This document shows positions 8,314 to 16,437 of a stretch of 64,000 nt of DNA, piece after piece. Source of the DNA: an uncultured Desulfosarcina sp. (GTDB lineage: Bacteria; Desulfobacterota; Desulfobacteria; Desulfobacterales; Desulfosarcinaceae); the NCBI GenBank assembly GCA_963674945.2, contig CAXXWQ010000004.1, positions 2,560,001-2,624,000 of the forward strand, written 5' to 3'. Every line of letters starts with the position of its first letter. The first letter of the stretch is position 1. The position numbers were made by a program, and so were the translations under genes. The notes below the pieces were generated by a model that saw only the letters and a program-made list of their open reading frames with translations, made no database searches and had not been told where the DNA came from.

Positions 8314-11300
8314 TCACGCCATATCCGGTCGGGACAGGGTCCCCACGCTTGACGAATGGGATACGCATTTTTCCCTTCGTCCGAACAGCCTGCCGATATC
8401 CTCCAACACCAGATAGAACGACGGCACCATGATCAGGGTAATCAACGTGGCAAACACAACACCGAATCCCAGGGAGATGGCCATGGGGATCATCATCCGT
8501 GCCTGGAAGGATGTTTCCGTGATCATGGGCATCAACCCCCCGAATGTGGTTACGGTGGTCAGCAGGATCGGCCGAAACCGCTGGATGCCGGCGCCGTGCA
8601 CCGCCTCTTTGGGGGCCATGCCGGACCGGACATTGCGATTGGCCAAATCGATGAGCACCAGCGCGTCGTTGACCACCACGCCGGACAGGGCCACCACACC
8701 GAAGATGCTGTTTAACGAAAGGGCGTAGCCCATCAGCAGATGCCCGAAGATGGCGCCGATGACACCGAAGGGAATGCTGCACATGATGATCAGGGGCTGT
8801 GTGTAGCTTTTAAACGGTATCGCCAGCAATGCATAAATGCAAAAAAGGGCCAGGAGCGATCCTGTCGCCAGGGCGCCAAGGCTTTCGCGCATGTCGGCCT
8901 GGTGCCCTTCGAAGCTGAAGGAAAGGCCCGGATACCGGCCGGTCAAGGCCGGAAGAAGCGTCGATTTCAGTTCCCGGATGATATTTTCCGCCTGGGACGG
9001 CGGGTTCACATTGGCCGTCACGGTGATGTCCCGTCGGCCGTTGGAGCGTTCGATGGCGGTATAGGCCCTGCCGGCGGTCAAATGCACCGCATCGCGCAGA
9101 TAGACCTCCCCTTCGGGCGCCTGCAAAATCAGGTTCTCCAGGGTGGCTTCGGATCGACGTTCATCTTCGGGAAGACTCACACGAACGGTGACCTCATTGC
9201 GTCCGCGCTGCTGATGAACGGCTTCGACACCTTGGAAGGCATTGCGCACCTGCCGGGCCACGGATTGGGAGGTAAGCCCCATCCGTTCTCCCAGGGGACG
9301 CAGCCGGATGTCGTACTGTCTCTTTCCCCGTGCCGATCCGTCATCGATATCCGAAACGATGGAGAATTGGGACAATTGCCGTGCCATTTCCCTGCCTGCG
9401 TTTTCCAACATCTGGGTATCGCTGTGGCTGAGCATGACGGTCAGGTTTTTGCCCGCACCCGGCCCCCCCATGTTGGATTCGAAACGAATCGTTTCCAATC
9501 CGGCGATGGTTCCGGCACGCCGGCGCCATCGGTCGACCATCTGTGATGTGGAGATGGGACGCTGATCGGCCGGGGTGAGAAAGACGCGCACCGTTACGCC
9601 ATTGTCGGCCACATTGCTGAGCACCCCTTTTGCCAGTTCGATGCCGCCATTTTCGTCGATCACCGCCCGGGCTGCATCCACCAATTGTTTTTCGATGGTC
9701 CTCAAGCGCGCCTCGGCCGTGCCGTAGGGAAGGGTTGCCGAGCAATAGGCAAAATCCGACTCGCTTTTCGGAAACATCTCCAATCCCATTCGTCCCGATG
9801 CCACGTACCCGGCCAGGGCCAATATCATGGCGATGCCGGCGGCCAACACCGTGTACCGTTGACTGAGAAATAAACCGAGGAGGGCACCGTATCGGTCGCG
9901 GACGAAACGCTCGAAGGCATCGCTGAACCGTTCCTGCCAGCGTTGCAGGTGATGGAACGGCCAGATCATCCGCCCCCTTCGACTGTGCCCCAGGTGGGCC
10001 GGCAGGATGAACAGGCTTTCGATGAGGGAGACAAAAAACACCGCGGCGACCACCAGTGGAATCACCTTGAAGATTTTGCCCATGAATCCGGGGACAAACA
10101 TGAGCGGCATGAAGGCCACGAGGTTGGTGAGTACGGAAAACACCACCGGCATGGCCATTTCCCGGGTTCCGGCCACGGCCGCCGGAAGAAAGGCAACCCC
10201 CTTGCGACGCCAGTGGTAGATGTTTTCCCCCACCACCACGGCGTCGTCGACCACGATCCCCAGGGTCACGATAAAGGCGAACATGCTGATGATGCTGATG
10301 ATGTTGATGGAAAAATCCGTGGTCGAGAGAAACAAAAAGGAACCCACGAAGGAGATGGGAATACCAAGGCTCACCCAGAAGGCGAGGCGGGTTTCCAGAA
10401 ACAGGGCCAGAAAAATGAAAACCAGAATCAGCCCCTGGAAGGCGTTTTTCACGAGCAAGGTCGCGCGCTGGGAAAACACTTTGCTGTGATCTTCCAATAC
10501 GGTCAGTCGCAGTCCCTGGGGCAGGCTGCCGTTGAGTTTGTCAACGACAGTCCTTCCGGCTTCGGCGACCTCGGTGGGCGTCTGATCACCCACCCGGTAG
10601 ACCTCGATGATGACGGCGGGATCGCCGTCGAAGGCGGCCCAAGTGTTTGAATCTTCGAAACCCTCCCGGATCGTCGCCACATCACCGAGCAATGGCCGGG
10701 ATCCGTCGGACCGGGTCAACAGGGGAAGATGTGCGTATTGAAAAACATCTTCCCGGCGGTCCTTGACGCGCACCAGGATATCGCCACCGGATGTCTTCAG
10801 ACGTCCCCCTCCCAGTTCCACGGAAGATGCGGCGATGGCGTCGGCGACATCGGCCAGCGTGATGCCATACCGCCGCAAGGTGGCCTGGGGAATCTCCACC
10901 TGAATCTCCAGATCCTTGACACCGGTAAGTTCCACCTGGGTGATGTGAGAGTCGCGCAACAACCGGTCCCGCACCGTATCCGCCGCCGATCGCAGGGTTA
11001 CCGGATCCACATCTCCGTGCAGGGCCAGGGTCAACACGCCCCGTTTGTGATCGGCAATGGCGACCTGGGGATCATTGGCCTCGTCCGGAAAGGTGTCGAT
11101 GCGGTCCACTTCACTCTTGATCTCCTGCCACACACGGGTGACATCGGTGCCTTCCCGAACATCGACGGTGATGCTGGCACTTCCTTCGGTGGCGGTGGAG
11201 GTGATCTCATCGATTCCCTCCAGGTCTTCGATTGCCTCTTCCACGGCCAGTACGATACCGTTCTCCACCTCTTCCGGGCTGGCGCCGGGATAGCCAACGT

Positions 11301-11472
11301 TGATCCGGACCACGTCCATGGTGAAATCGGGAAAGACCTCCTGTTTTACCTGCCACCCGACGATGAGTCCTCCCACGAGAAAAACGAACATCAGCAGGTT
11401 GGCGACGACGCTGTTGCCCGCCATCCACGCCAGCGGGCCGCGGTCGATGGTGTTATGTTGCCTGGTTTTCAT
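8314..11472 (-). CDS. RND efflux transporter permease subunit (AcrB/AcrD/AcrF family)
   Basis: 1052 aa; YPGASPEEVE, GIVVDDAVVV.EN, RFRPILLT motifs; two large periplasmic loops. Confidence 0.95.
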   Translation of the reverse strand: MKTRQHNTIDRGPLAWMAGNSVVANLLMFVFLVGGLIVGWQVKQEVFPDFTMDVVRINVGYPGASPEEVENGIVLAVEEAIEDLEGIDEITSTATEGSASITVDVREGTDVTRVWQEIKSEVDRIDTFPDEANDPQVAIADHKRGVLTLALHGDVDPVTLRSAADTVRDRLLRDSHITQVELTGVKDLEIQVEIPQATLRRYGITLADVADAIAASSVELGGGRLKTSGGDILVRVKDRREDVFQYAHLPLLTRSDGSRPLLGDVATIREGFEDSNTWAAFDGDPAVIIEVYRVGDQTPTEVAEAGRTVVDKLNGSLPQGLRLTVLEDHSKVFSQRATLLVKNAFQGLILVFIFLALFLETRLAFWVSLGIPISFVGSFLFLSTTDFSINIISIISMFAFIVTLGIVVDDAVVVGENIYHWRRKGVAFLPAAVAGTREMAMPVVFSVLTNLVAFMPLMFVPGFMGKIFKVIPLVVAAVFFVSLIESLFILPAHLGHSRRGRMIWPFHHLQRWQERFSDAFERFVRDRYGALLGLFLSQRYTVLAAGIAMILALAGYVASGRMGLEMFPKSESDFAYCSATLPYGTAEARLRTIEKQLVDAARAVIDENGGIELAKGVLSNVADNGVTVRVFLTPADQRPISTSQMVDRWRRRAGTIAGLETIRFESNMGGPGAGKNLTVMLSHSDTQMLENAGREMARQLSQFSIVSDIDDGSARGKRQYDIRLRPLGERMGLTSQSVARQVRNAFQGVEAVHQQRGRNEVTVRVSLPEDERRSEATLENLILQAPEGEVYLRDAVHLTAGRAYTAIERSNGRRDITVTANVNPPSQAENIIRELKSTLLPALTGRYPGLSFSFEGHQADMRESLGALATGSLLALFCIYALLAIPFKSYTQPLIIMCSIPFGVIGAIFGHLLMGYALSLNSIFGVVALSGVVVNDALVLIDLANRNVRSGMAPKEAVHGAGIQRFRPILLTTVTTFGGLMPMITETSFQARMMIPMAISLGFGVVFATLITLIMVPSFYLVLEDIGRLFGRREKCVSHSSSVGTLSRPDMA

Positions 11473-12680
11473 GAATCTGCTCGCTTATCGTCTGTTTCCA
11501 TTGCCGGCCTGTCATCGGCTACATCTGCTGTTTTCAACGCCATGCCCGGAACCGGTGTGGATAGATTCGAAACCACCACCAGCTCACCCGATTGTACGCC
11601 GTTGAGCAAAAAGACCTTGTCGGCGTTCTTCCATGCCACGGTGACTTTCCGGATATCCAAGGCGCTTTCATGGTTGATCCAGACGGTGTCATCGTCCTGC
11701 AGGGCGGCCCGCGGCAATTCGATGACGTCGGTCAGCGCGCGACCGGTGATGTCGGCGTAGACGTAGTCATCGATCATCAAAGGCGTCCTGCCCCTCTCCA
11801 GCGGATTGGCCACCGACAGGATCACCGTGGCCATCCGGCTGGATTCGTTCAACTTGCCGGCGATCTGAACCACCCGGGCGTCCCAGGTTCCGCCACCGCT
11901 TTGGGATCGGATCACCGCCGTGCAGCCACCCGGGGCGTCGAGGTCGATCAGGGAGAGCTGATCCAAGGGGACAACCGCTTCGATCCAGAACGCATCCGTC
12001 CCGACCAGCGTTGCCAGACTCTCCTGTGATCCCACGTAAGCACCCACGTCGACGCTGCGTGAAACGATCATGGCGTTAAACGGCGCTTTCACCATCGTTC
12101 GATTCAAATTCAGCATGGCCTGACGAAGGTCCGCTTCGGCACTTTCGACGGCGGCCTGGGCCTGCAATAGCTGTGGTTTTCGCAATGCAAGGTCTTTTTC
12201 GACCACCGTTTCGGCCGACAATTCGGAAAATAACTTCAACTCCTCCCGGGCGATATTCTGGCTTCCCTGCTCGATGGCAAGGGACGCCTTTGCATCGGCG
12301 AGGGCACTTTTCGCCTTCATGACCGCCACCTCATAATCGGTGGGATCCAGCATCAGCAGATTTTCGCCCTTTTTCATCCGCCCCCCGGGAACGTACCGGT
12401 CCGACACATCCCGGACGACGCCGGAAACCTGAGCCTTTACGGTCACCTCCCGCGCGGGAACCACGGTTCCCATGGCGGAGACGACGGTTCGCGCATCTTT
12501 CCGGTGAACCCTTTGAACGTCCACCACGAAAACCTCCCGCTTCGGTGGTGATTTTTTCATTACCGGTACCGTGGACGTAAAGTAGGACCACGCCGCACCG
12601 CCGGCCACGATCAGCATCACGGGAATCAGCACCTGGATGGATCTGGCAATAAATGATGAAATTTTTTTGTTTTCCGACAT
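11469..12680 (-). CDS. RND efflux membrane fusion protein (periplasmic adaptor)
   Basis: N-terminal TM anchor, lipoyl/hairpin motifs (V.AQVSG.V, L.RT.VKAPF); overlaps permease start; GGAG RBS before ATG 12680. Confidence 0.93.
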   Translation of the reverse strand: MSENKKISSFIARSIQVLIPVMLIVAGGAAWSYFTSTVPVMKKSPPKREVFVVDVQRVHRKDARTVVSAMGTVVPAREVTVKAQVSGVVRDVSDRYVPGGRMKKGENLLMLDPTDYEVAVMKAKSALADAKASLAIEQGSQNIAREELKLFSELSAETVVEKDLALRKPQLLQAQAAVESAEADLRQAMLNLNRTMVKAPFNAMIVSRSVDVGAYVGSQESLATLVGTDAFWIEAVVPLDQLSLIDLDAPGGCTAVIRSQSGGGTWDARVVQIAGKLNESSRMATVILSVANPLERGRTPLMIDDYVYADITGRALTDVIELPRAALQDDDTVWINHESALDIRKVTVAWKNADKVFLLNGVQSGELVVVSNLSTPVPGMALKTADVADDRPAMETDDKRADS

Positions 12681-12696
12681 ATCGCTATTTCTCCGT

Positions 12697-12729
12697 AACT
12701 TTAGGCACTTTAGCGCACTATAGGCACTT
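12697..12729. repeat. Short 9-10-bp tandem repeat cluster (CTTTAGGCA/CTTTAGCGCA), copy 1 of a dispersed motif
   Basis: AACTTTAGGCACTTTAGCGCACTATAGGCACTT; 19/20 match to 44344-44363. Confidence 0.7.
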
Positions 12730-12807
12730 CTCCCCCCCTTCCCCGTGTTCATCATTCAGCAGGACAAGCCCATGCCCTTTATCAAATCTACATGCAATCA
12801 CCTCGTT

Positions 12808-14241
12808 TCATCGAGGAAGTGGCGTTTTCCGAATCGATTGGGCATTTTCGCCGGTCATCACGGCATCGTGCCAGTCACCCCCCAGGGCCCGGTACAAGGT
12901 GACCCGGTTCTGGATCAGGATGGCGTGTTCGCTCACCAATTGCCGTTCCAACTCTTGGAAGCTGGTCCAGGCCGTGAGGTAATCGATATAGTTACCCTGT
13001 CCATTGGTGTACTGAAGGCGGGCGTCCTTCATGGTCAGCCGTGAGGTCTTGCGCCGATCCTCCAGCAGTTCGAGGTATTCCTGCTGCCGCATTTCAGTGA
13101 CGAGGCCGTCTTCCACCTCCTGGATCGCCTCGGCCACGACCCGGGCATAGACGGTCAAGGTCTCTTCGACCACAGCCTGAGTGCGCGCCAATTCGGCCGA
13201 TCGAAAACCGCCATCGAAGATTGGCCCGGTGACGCCGGCCGCCAGGGACGCCACCCAATTGCCGAACAACAGATCGATGGTATCGCTGGAAAAGGCAATG
13301 GAGGGACTCAGGGTAATGGCCGGCAACCGGTCTGCCCTTGCTGCGCTGACTTGCCAATCCGATGCGGATAGGCGCAGTCCCGCCGCACGGATATCGGGGC
13401 GGCGCGCCAGGAGGTCGGCGGGCAGACCGGTTGCCGGCAGGGGGATCGGTTCCGGCAGGACGGTTTGGGAAATGGTAAGGTTGCTCTCAGTGCTTTGTCC
13501 CAACAGGAGGGCCAGTGCGTTTCTCTGCTTTTGTTCGGCCAACTGCAGGGGCGGCAGATTGGCCCTGGCCGCGGCAAGGACTTCGCGCTGTTGGGAAACA
13601 TCCAATGCGTCGGCCTGGCCGTTGACGAAACGAAGCTCCAGTATCTTCAGCATCTTCTGGTTGATCTGGATCTGATCCTGTAAAATCGCAATCTGCCGGC
13701 GAAGGGAGAGAGTCTCGACCCAGGCCGTCACCACTTCGGCCGCTACGGTGACGGCTGCCGCTTCCAGGTCCTTGCCGACTGCTTCATACTCCAGGGTCTC
13801 CGACTTCCGGGCTGCATTCAACCGCCCCCACAGGTCGAGTTCGTATGCCGCGCTCACGCCGGCAGAAAATGTTTGGTCGTCTGAACGGCGGGTTCCGGTT
13901 TCATCGGTTTTGGTCTGAGTCCGGCCGACCTCGGCACCGGCGCCGTATTCGACGCTTGGCATAAGATCAGCACCGGCCTGGCGCGCCACTGCATCTGCCT
14001 GCTTCAATCGCGACCAGGCCGTTCGGATGTCGAAGTTATCGGCAAGTGCCACCTCCACCAGCCGGTTCAGTTCGTCACTGCCGAAGGCTTCCCACCACTT
14101 GCCGGGGCCGGGATCATCGGCGACGAACAGAGAGTATCGATCCGGAACGGCGATGGGTGGTTCCGTCCGAACCGCCGGTTCAAACGTGGCGCAGCAGGCA
14201 ACGGCAAACAGGGTGATGACAAGGCAAACGTATCGAAACAT
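12808..14241 (-). CDS. Efflux outer-membrane factor lipoprotein (NodT/OprM/TolC family)
   Basis: Lipobox-like AVACC, WWEAFG..EL..LV..AL..N.D, YELDLWGR, LPADLLARRPDIRAA, LYRALGGDW. Confidence 0.93.
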   Translation of the reverse strand: MFRYVCLVITLFAVACCATFEPAVRTEPPIAVPDRYSLFVADDPGPGKWWEAFGSDELNRLVEVALADNFDIRTAWSRLKQADAVARQAGADLMPSVEYGAGAEVGRTQTKTDETGTRRSDDQTFSAGVSAAYELDLWGRLNAARKSETLEYEAVGKDLEAAAVTVAAEVVTAWVETLSLRRQIAILQDQIQINQKMLKILELRFVNGQADALDVSQQREVLAAARANLPPLQLAEQKQRNALALLLGQSTESNLTISQTVLPEPIPLPATGLPADLLARRPDIRAAGLRLSASDWQVSAARADRLPAITLSPSIAFSSDTIDLLFGNWVASLAAGVTGPIFDGGFRSAELARTQAVVEETLTVYARVVAEAIQEVEDGLVTEMRQQEYLELLEDRRKTSRLTMKDARLQYTNGQGNYIDYLTAWTSFQELERQLVSEHAILIQNRVTLYRALGGDWHDAVMTGENAQSIRKTPLPR

Positions 14242-14259
14242 GGTCTCTCCATCCGTTAT

Positions 14260-14279
14260 CCGCGATAAATTTATCGCGG
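14260..14279. promoter_or_regulatory. Perfect 20-bp palindrome in the OMF leader
   Basis: CCGCGATAAATTTATCGCGG, between the candidate ECF promoter and the OMF RBS. Confidence 0.5.
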
Positions 14280-14292
14280 TTTGTCATTAGGT

Positions 14293-14318
14293 AACGGATG
14301 GGGAGAGAAAAACTTGCG
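14293..14318 (-). promoter_or_regulatory. Candidate ECF-sigma promoter upstream of OMF-MFP-RND
   Basis: Minus strand CGCAAGT-N13-TCCGTT; same motif and spacing as 16365-16390. Confidence 0.7.
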
Positions 14319-14520
14319 TAAAAAAATTCGGACCCGAAGAAATTTGTGTTTGGCGGGGATCGTACTATATGAAGTTTAAGTAAATATTTTTGGCGAAGCC
14401 ATTAAACGGTGAAACGCCCAATTTGGGTTAAAGTAGCTAAATATCTTTTTGCGATGTCAATGTTTTCCCGCATAATTTAACATCATCATTTTCCGCTACA
14501 TCAAAAGGTGTATAATTATT

Positions 14521-14910
14521 CTAATCTTTACTCTTTACATCGGCACCTGATTTTATCAGGTACTTCACAACATCTAAATGCCCTTTTTTCGCGGCTTCAT
14601 GAAGAGGAGTCGAACCAATATTGTCTGTAACATTGACATCTGCTTTTAAATCAATCAGATATTTTACAATTTCAAAATGGCCTTCTGCCGCCGCCCAGTG
14701 CAAGGGTGTTTGATTGAAATCATTTTGCATATTGATATCCCACCCATCTTTCAACAAACCTTTGACGGATTCAATATCGCCCTCTTTTGCAGCAGAATAC
14801 AGCTGAGTGAGATCCGGTTGTTTTGTTCTACGCATATTCCTTAACTCCTCAGATAGAGCTGGATTACAATATAGAATTGAAAAAAACAGAACCATTATAA
14901 TTAATCGCAT
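14521..14910 (-). CDS. Exported ankyrin-repeat protein, probably truncated by a premature TAG
   Basis: Signal peptide; TPLHWAA..GH.EIVKYLI and TPLHEAA..GH.DVVKYLI repeats; repeat register continues past the TAG; AT-rich. Confidence 0.8.
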   Translation of the reverse strand: MRLIIMVLFFSILYCNPALSEELRNMRRTKQPDLTQLYSAAKEGDIESVKGLLKDGWDINMQNDFNQTPLHWAAAEGHFEIVKYLIDLKADVNVTDNIGSTPLHEAAKKGHLDVVKYLIKSGADVKSKD

Positions 14911-15464
14911 TTCATCCTTTTCTCGCCCAAACGGCTTTTCAGCGTTCTGCGGGCGCGTACCAGCAGGGATTCGACGGCACTGACCGAAAGTTCCATTACG
15001 TCGGCGATCTCTTTATAGCCAAGCTGCTCCGTATGGCGCAGAAGCAGTGCCGTGCGCTGGTTGACGGGGAGGTTGCCCATGGCCGTTTCCAGGTGTTGGA
15101 CGGCGATGGCGCCCTCCAACAGGTCGAGAGGGGTCTCCTGGGAGGGGAGATCGGGCAGTTCGTCCACCAGTTCGGGGCGTTTCTTACGAAGGTGATCGAT
15201 GCAGATATTTTTTGTGATCCGGATCAGGTAGGCACGCAGGGAGGCATGGGGACGATATCGGTGTGCGGCTCTGTAGAGACGGAGGAAGGTCTCCTGGGAG
15301 GCATCCTCGGCCGCCTGGGTGTCGCTGAGCATACGGCAGGCAAAGCCGTAAACGGCATCCTGATGACGATACAGCAGTTCGGCGAATGAACGTTCATCAC
15401 CTTCGGCGACCCGAGAGACCAGGTCGGCATCACTCCGGTGAGTGTTACGAGAGCGGAATATCAT
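14901..15464 (-). CDS. ECF sigma-70 factor
   Basis: Region 2 AEDASQETFLRL, region 4 LP.NQRTALLLR…GYKEIADVM..S.SAVESLL.RAR. Confidence 0.93.
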   Translation of the reverse strand: MIFRSRNTHRSDADLVSRVAEGDERSFAELLYRHQDAVYGFACRMLSDTQAAEDASQETFLRLYRAAHRYRPHASLRAYLIRITKNICIDHLRKKRPELVDELPDLPSQETPLDLLEGAIAVQHLETAMGNLPVNQRTALLLRHTEQLGYKEIADVMELSVSAVESLLVRARRTLKSRLGEKRMKCD

Positions 15465-15925
15465 CGGCGATGGTTTTGCGCCTTTTTCTCCAGATGATCG
15501 AGCAGGAGGGAAAAGTATAAGGCGCCCTTTTCGTCACCCAACTTGATTCGCATGTCCATCATGTGTGCCGCGAATGCCCGGACCTTTTTCTTTTCATAGG
15601 ATTCGACGGTCTCGACGACCCCATTGAACCGATCGGTATCCAGCGGTCCGTCTTTTGCCAGAACCCGAATTACATCCCCGCGGGCCTGTCGAAGGTCTTT
15701 GTCAAGCCCATCAATGGTGGTGCTGAATTCGGTGACGTTGTCGAGCACGGTGCGTTCCTGCTTTGCCGGCAGGTCCAATTGGTCCACGATTGTCACGATC
15801 TCATGCCATATACGTTCGTGGCGGGAAGCCGGGTGGTAAAGGAACATCACGATGGCCGCTGCCACGAAACCGATGTTCAATGCCACCGAAAAAAAAATCA
15901 GCAGCCTCTTGTGAAAAAGTCTCAC
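15461..15925 (-). CDS. Periplasmic helical sensor (heavy-metal resistance/CnrX/ZraP/Spy-like)
   Basis: LIFFSVALNIGF TM anchor, helical body (LDLP..Q), C-terminal HMMDM; GTG start overlaps anti-sigma stop, stop overlaps sigma start. Confidence 0.75.
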   Translation of the reverse strand: MRLFHKRLLIFFSVALNIGFVAAAIVMFLYHPASRHERIWHEIVTIVDQLDLPAKQERTVLDNVTEFSTTIDGLDKDLRQARGDVIRVLAKDGPLDTDRFNGVVETVESYEKKKVRAFAAHMMDMRIKLGDEKGALYFSLLLDHLEKKAQNHRR

Positions 15926-16329
15926 GGAAAGATTCCTCTGCTGGCGTAAAGGGTTTGATAGGGATTGCTTCCAACACCGGCGCCGGACGGAACAAGAGTA
16001 GAGCCCAATACCACACCGAACAGCAGGCCGGCCGCGACGGCACCGCAGACCGCGCCGCGCATGGTCAGGCTCAGCTTGCGCCACCACTGGGCCAGGTCCG
16101 GTCTCTCCAGTCCGGCCACGAAGGCCCGTCGAGTTTTGCGGGTTAGCCTGGATGGCGCGGTAATCGTGGAAAGTTCGGCCAGGGCGGTGACGATCCGTCC
16201 GAGGGATTCGGCTTCTCTCCGACATCCGGGACACCCTCGGAGGTGATGGTCCACCTCCTGGCTCTCTTCCGGTGCCAATTCACCGTCGATCCAGGCATCC
16301 AGACGCTTTTTGACGTCATCACAGTGCAT
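15922..16329 (-). CDS. Zinc-finger (ZAS, zf-HC2) anti-sigma factor
   Basis: MHC…IDGEL…HLRGCPGC (HxxxCxxC), one TM helix, short periplasmic tail; GGAGG RBS. Confidence 0.9.
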   Translation of the reverse strand: MHCDDVKKRLDAWIDGELAPEESQEVDHHLRGCPGCRREAESLGRIVTALAELSTITAPSRLTRKTRRAFVAGLERPDLAQWWRKLSLTMRGAVCGAVAAGLLFGVVLGSTLVPSGAGVGSNPYQTLYASRGIFP

Positions 16330-16364
16330 ATCCGCCTCCGTTTTCGTTACTATTCAAAAATATA

Positions 16365-16390
16365 AACGGATATTCCAACGATTACCTGCG
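16365..16390 (-). promoter_or_regulatory. Candidate autoregulatory ECF-sigma promoter upstream of the anti-sigma gene
   Basis: Minus strand CGCAGGT-N13-TCCGTT; same motif and spacing as 14293-14318. Confidence 0.7.
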
Positions 16391-16437
16391 CAACTTTTTT
16401 TTCGGGTATCCGAATACGATGTATGATAAAGGAATTT

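Noticed and set aside
14521..14523. Genome-wide amber recoding
   Set aside because: TAG clearly terminates other genes here (3049, 6213 before a terminator, purB), and no pyl genes are in the window.
15926..16234. N-terminal ~100 aa of the 257-aa ORF 15461-16234
   Set aside because: Overlaps the anti-sigma gene in another frame; the GTG at 15925 overlapping the anti-sigma stop is the better start.
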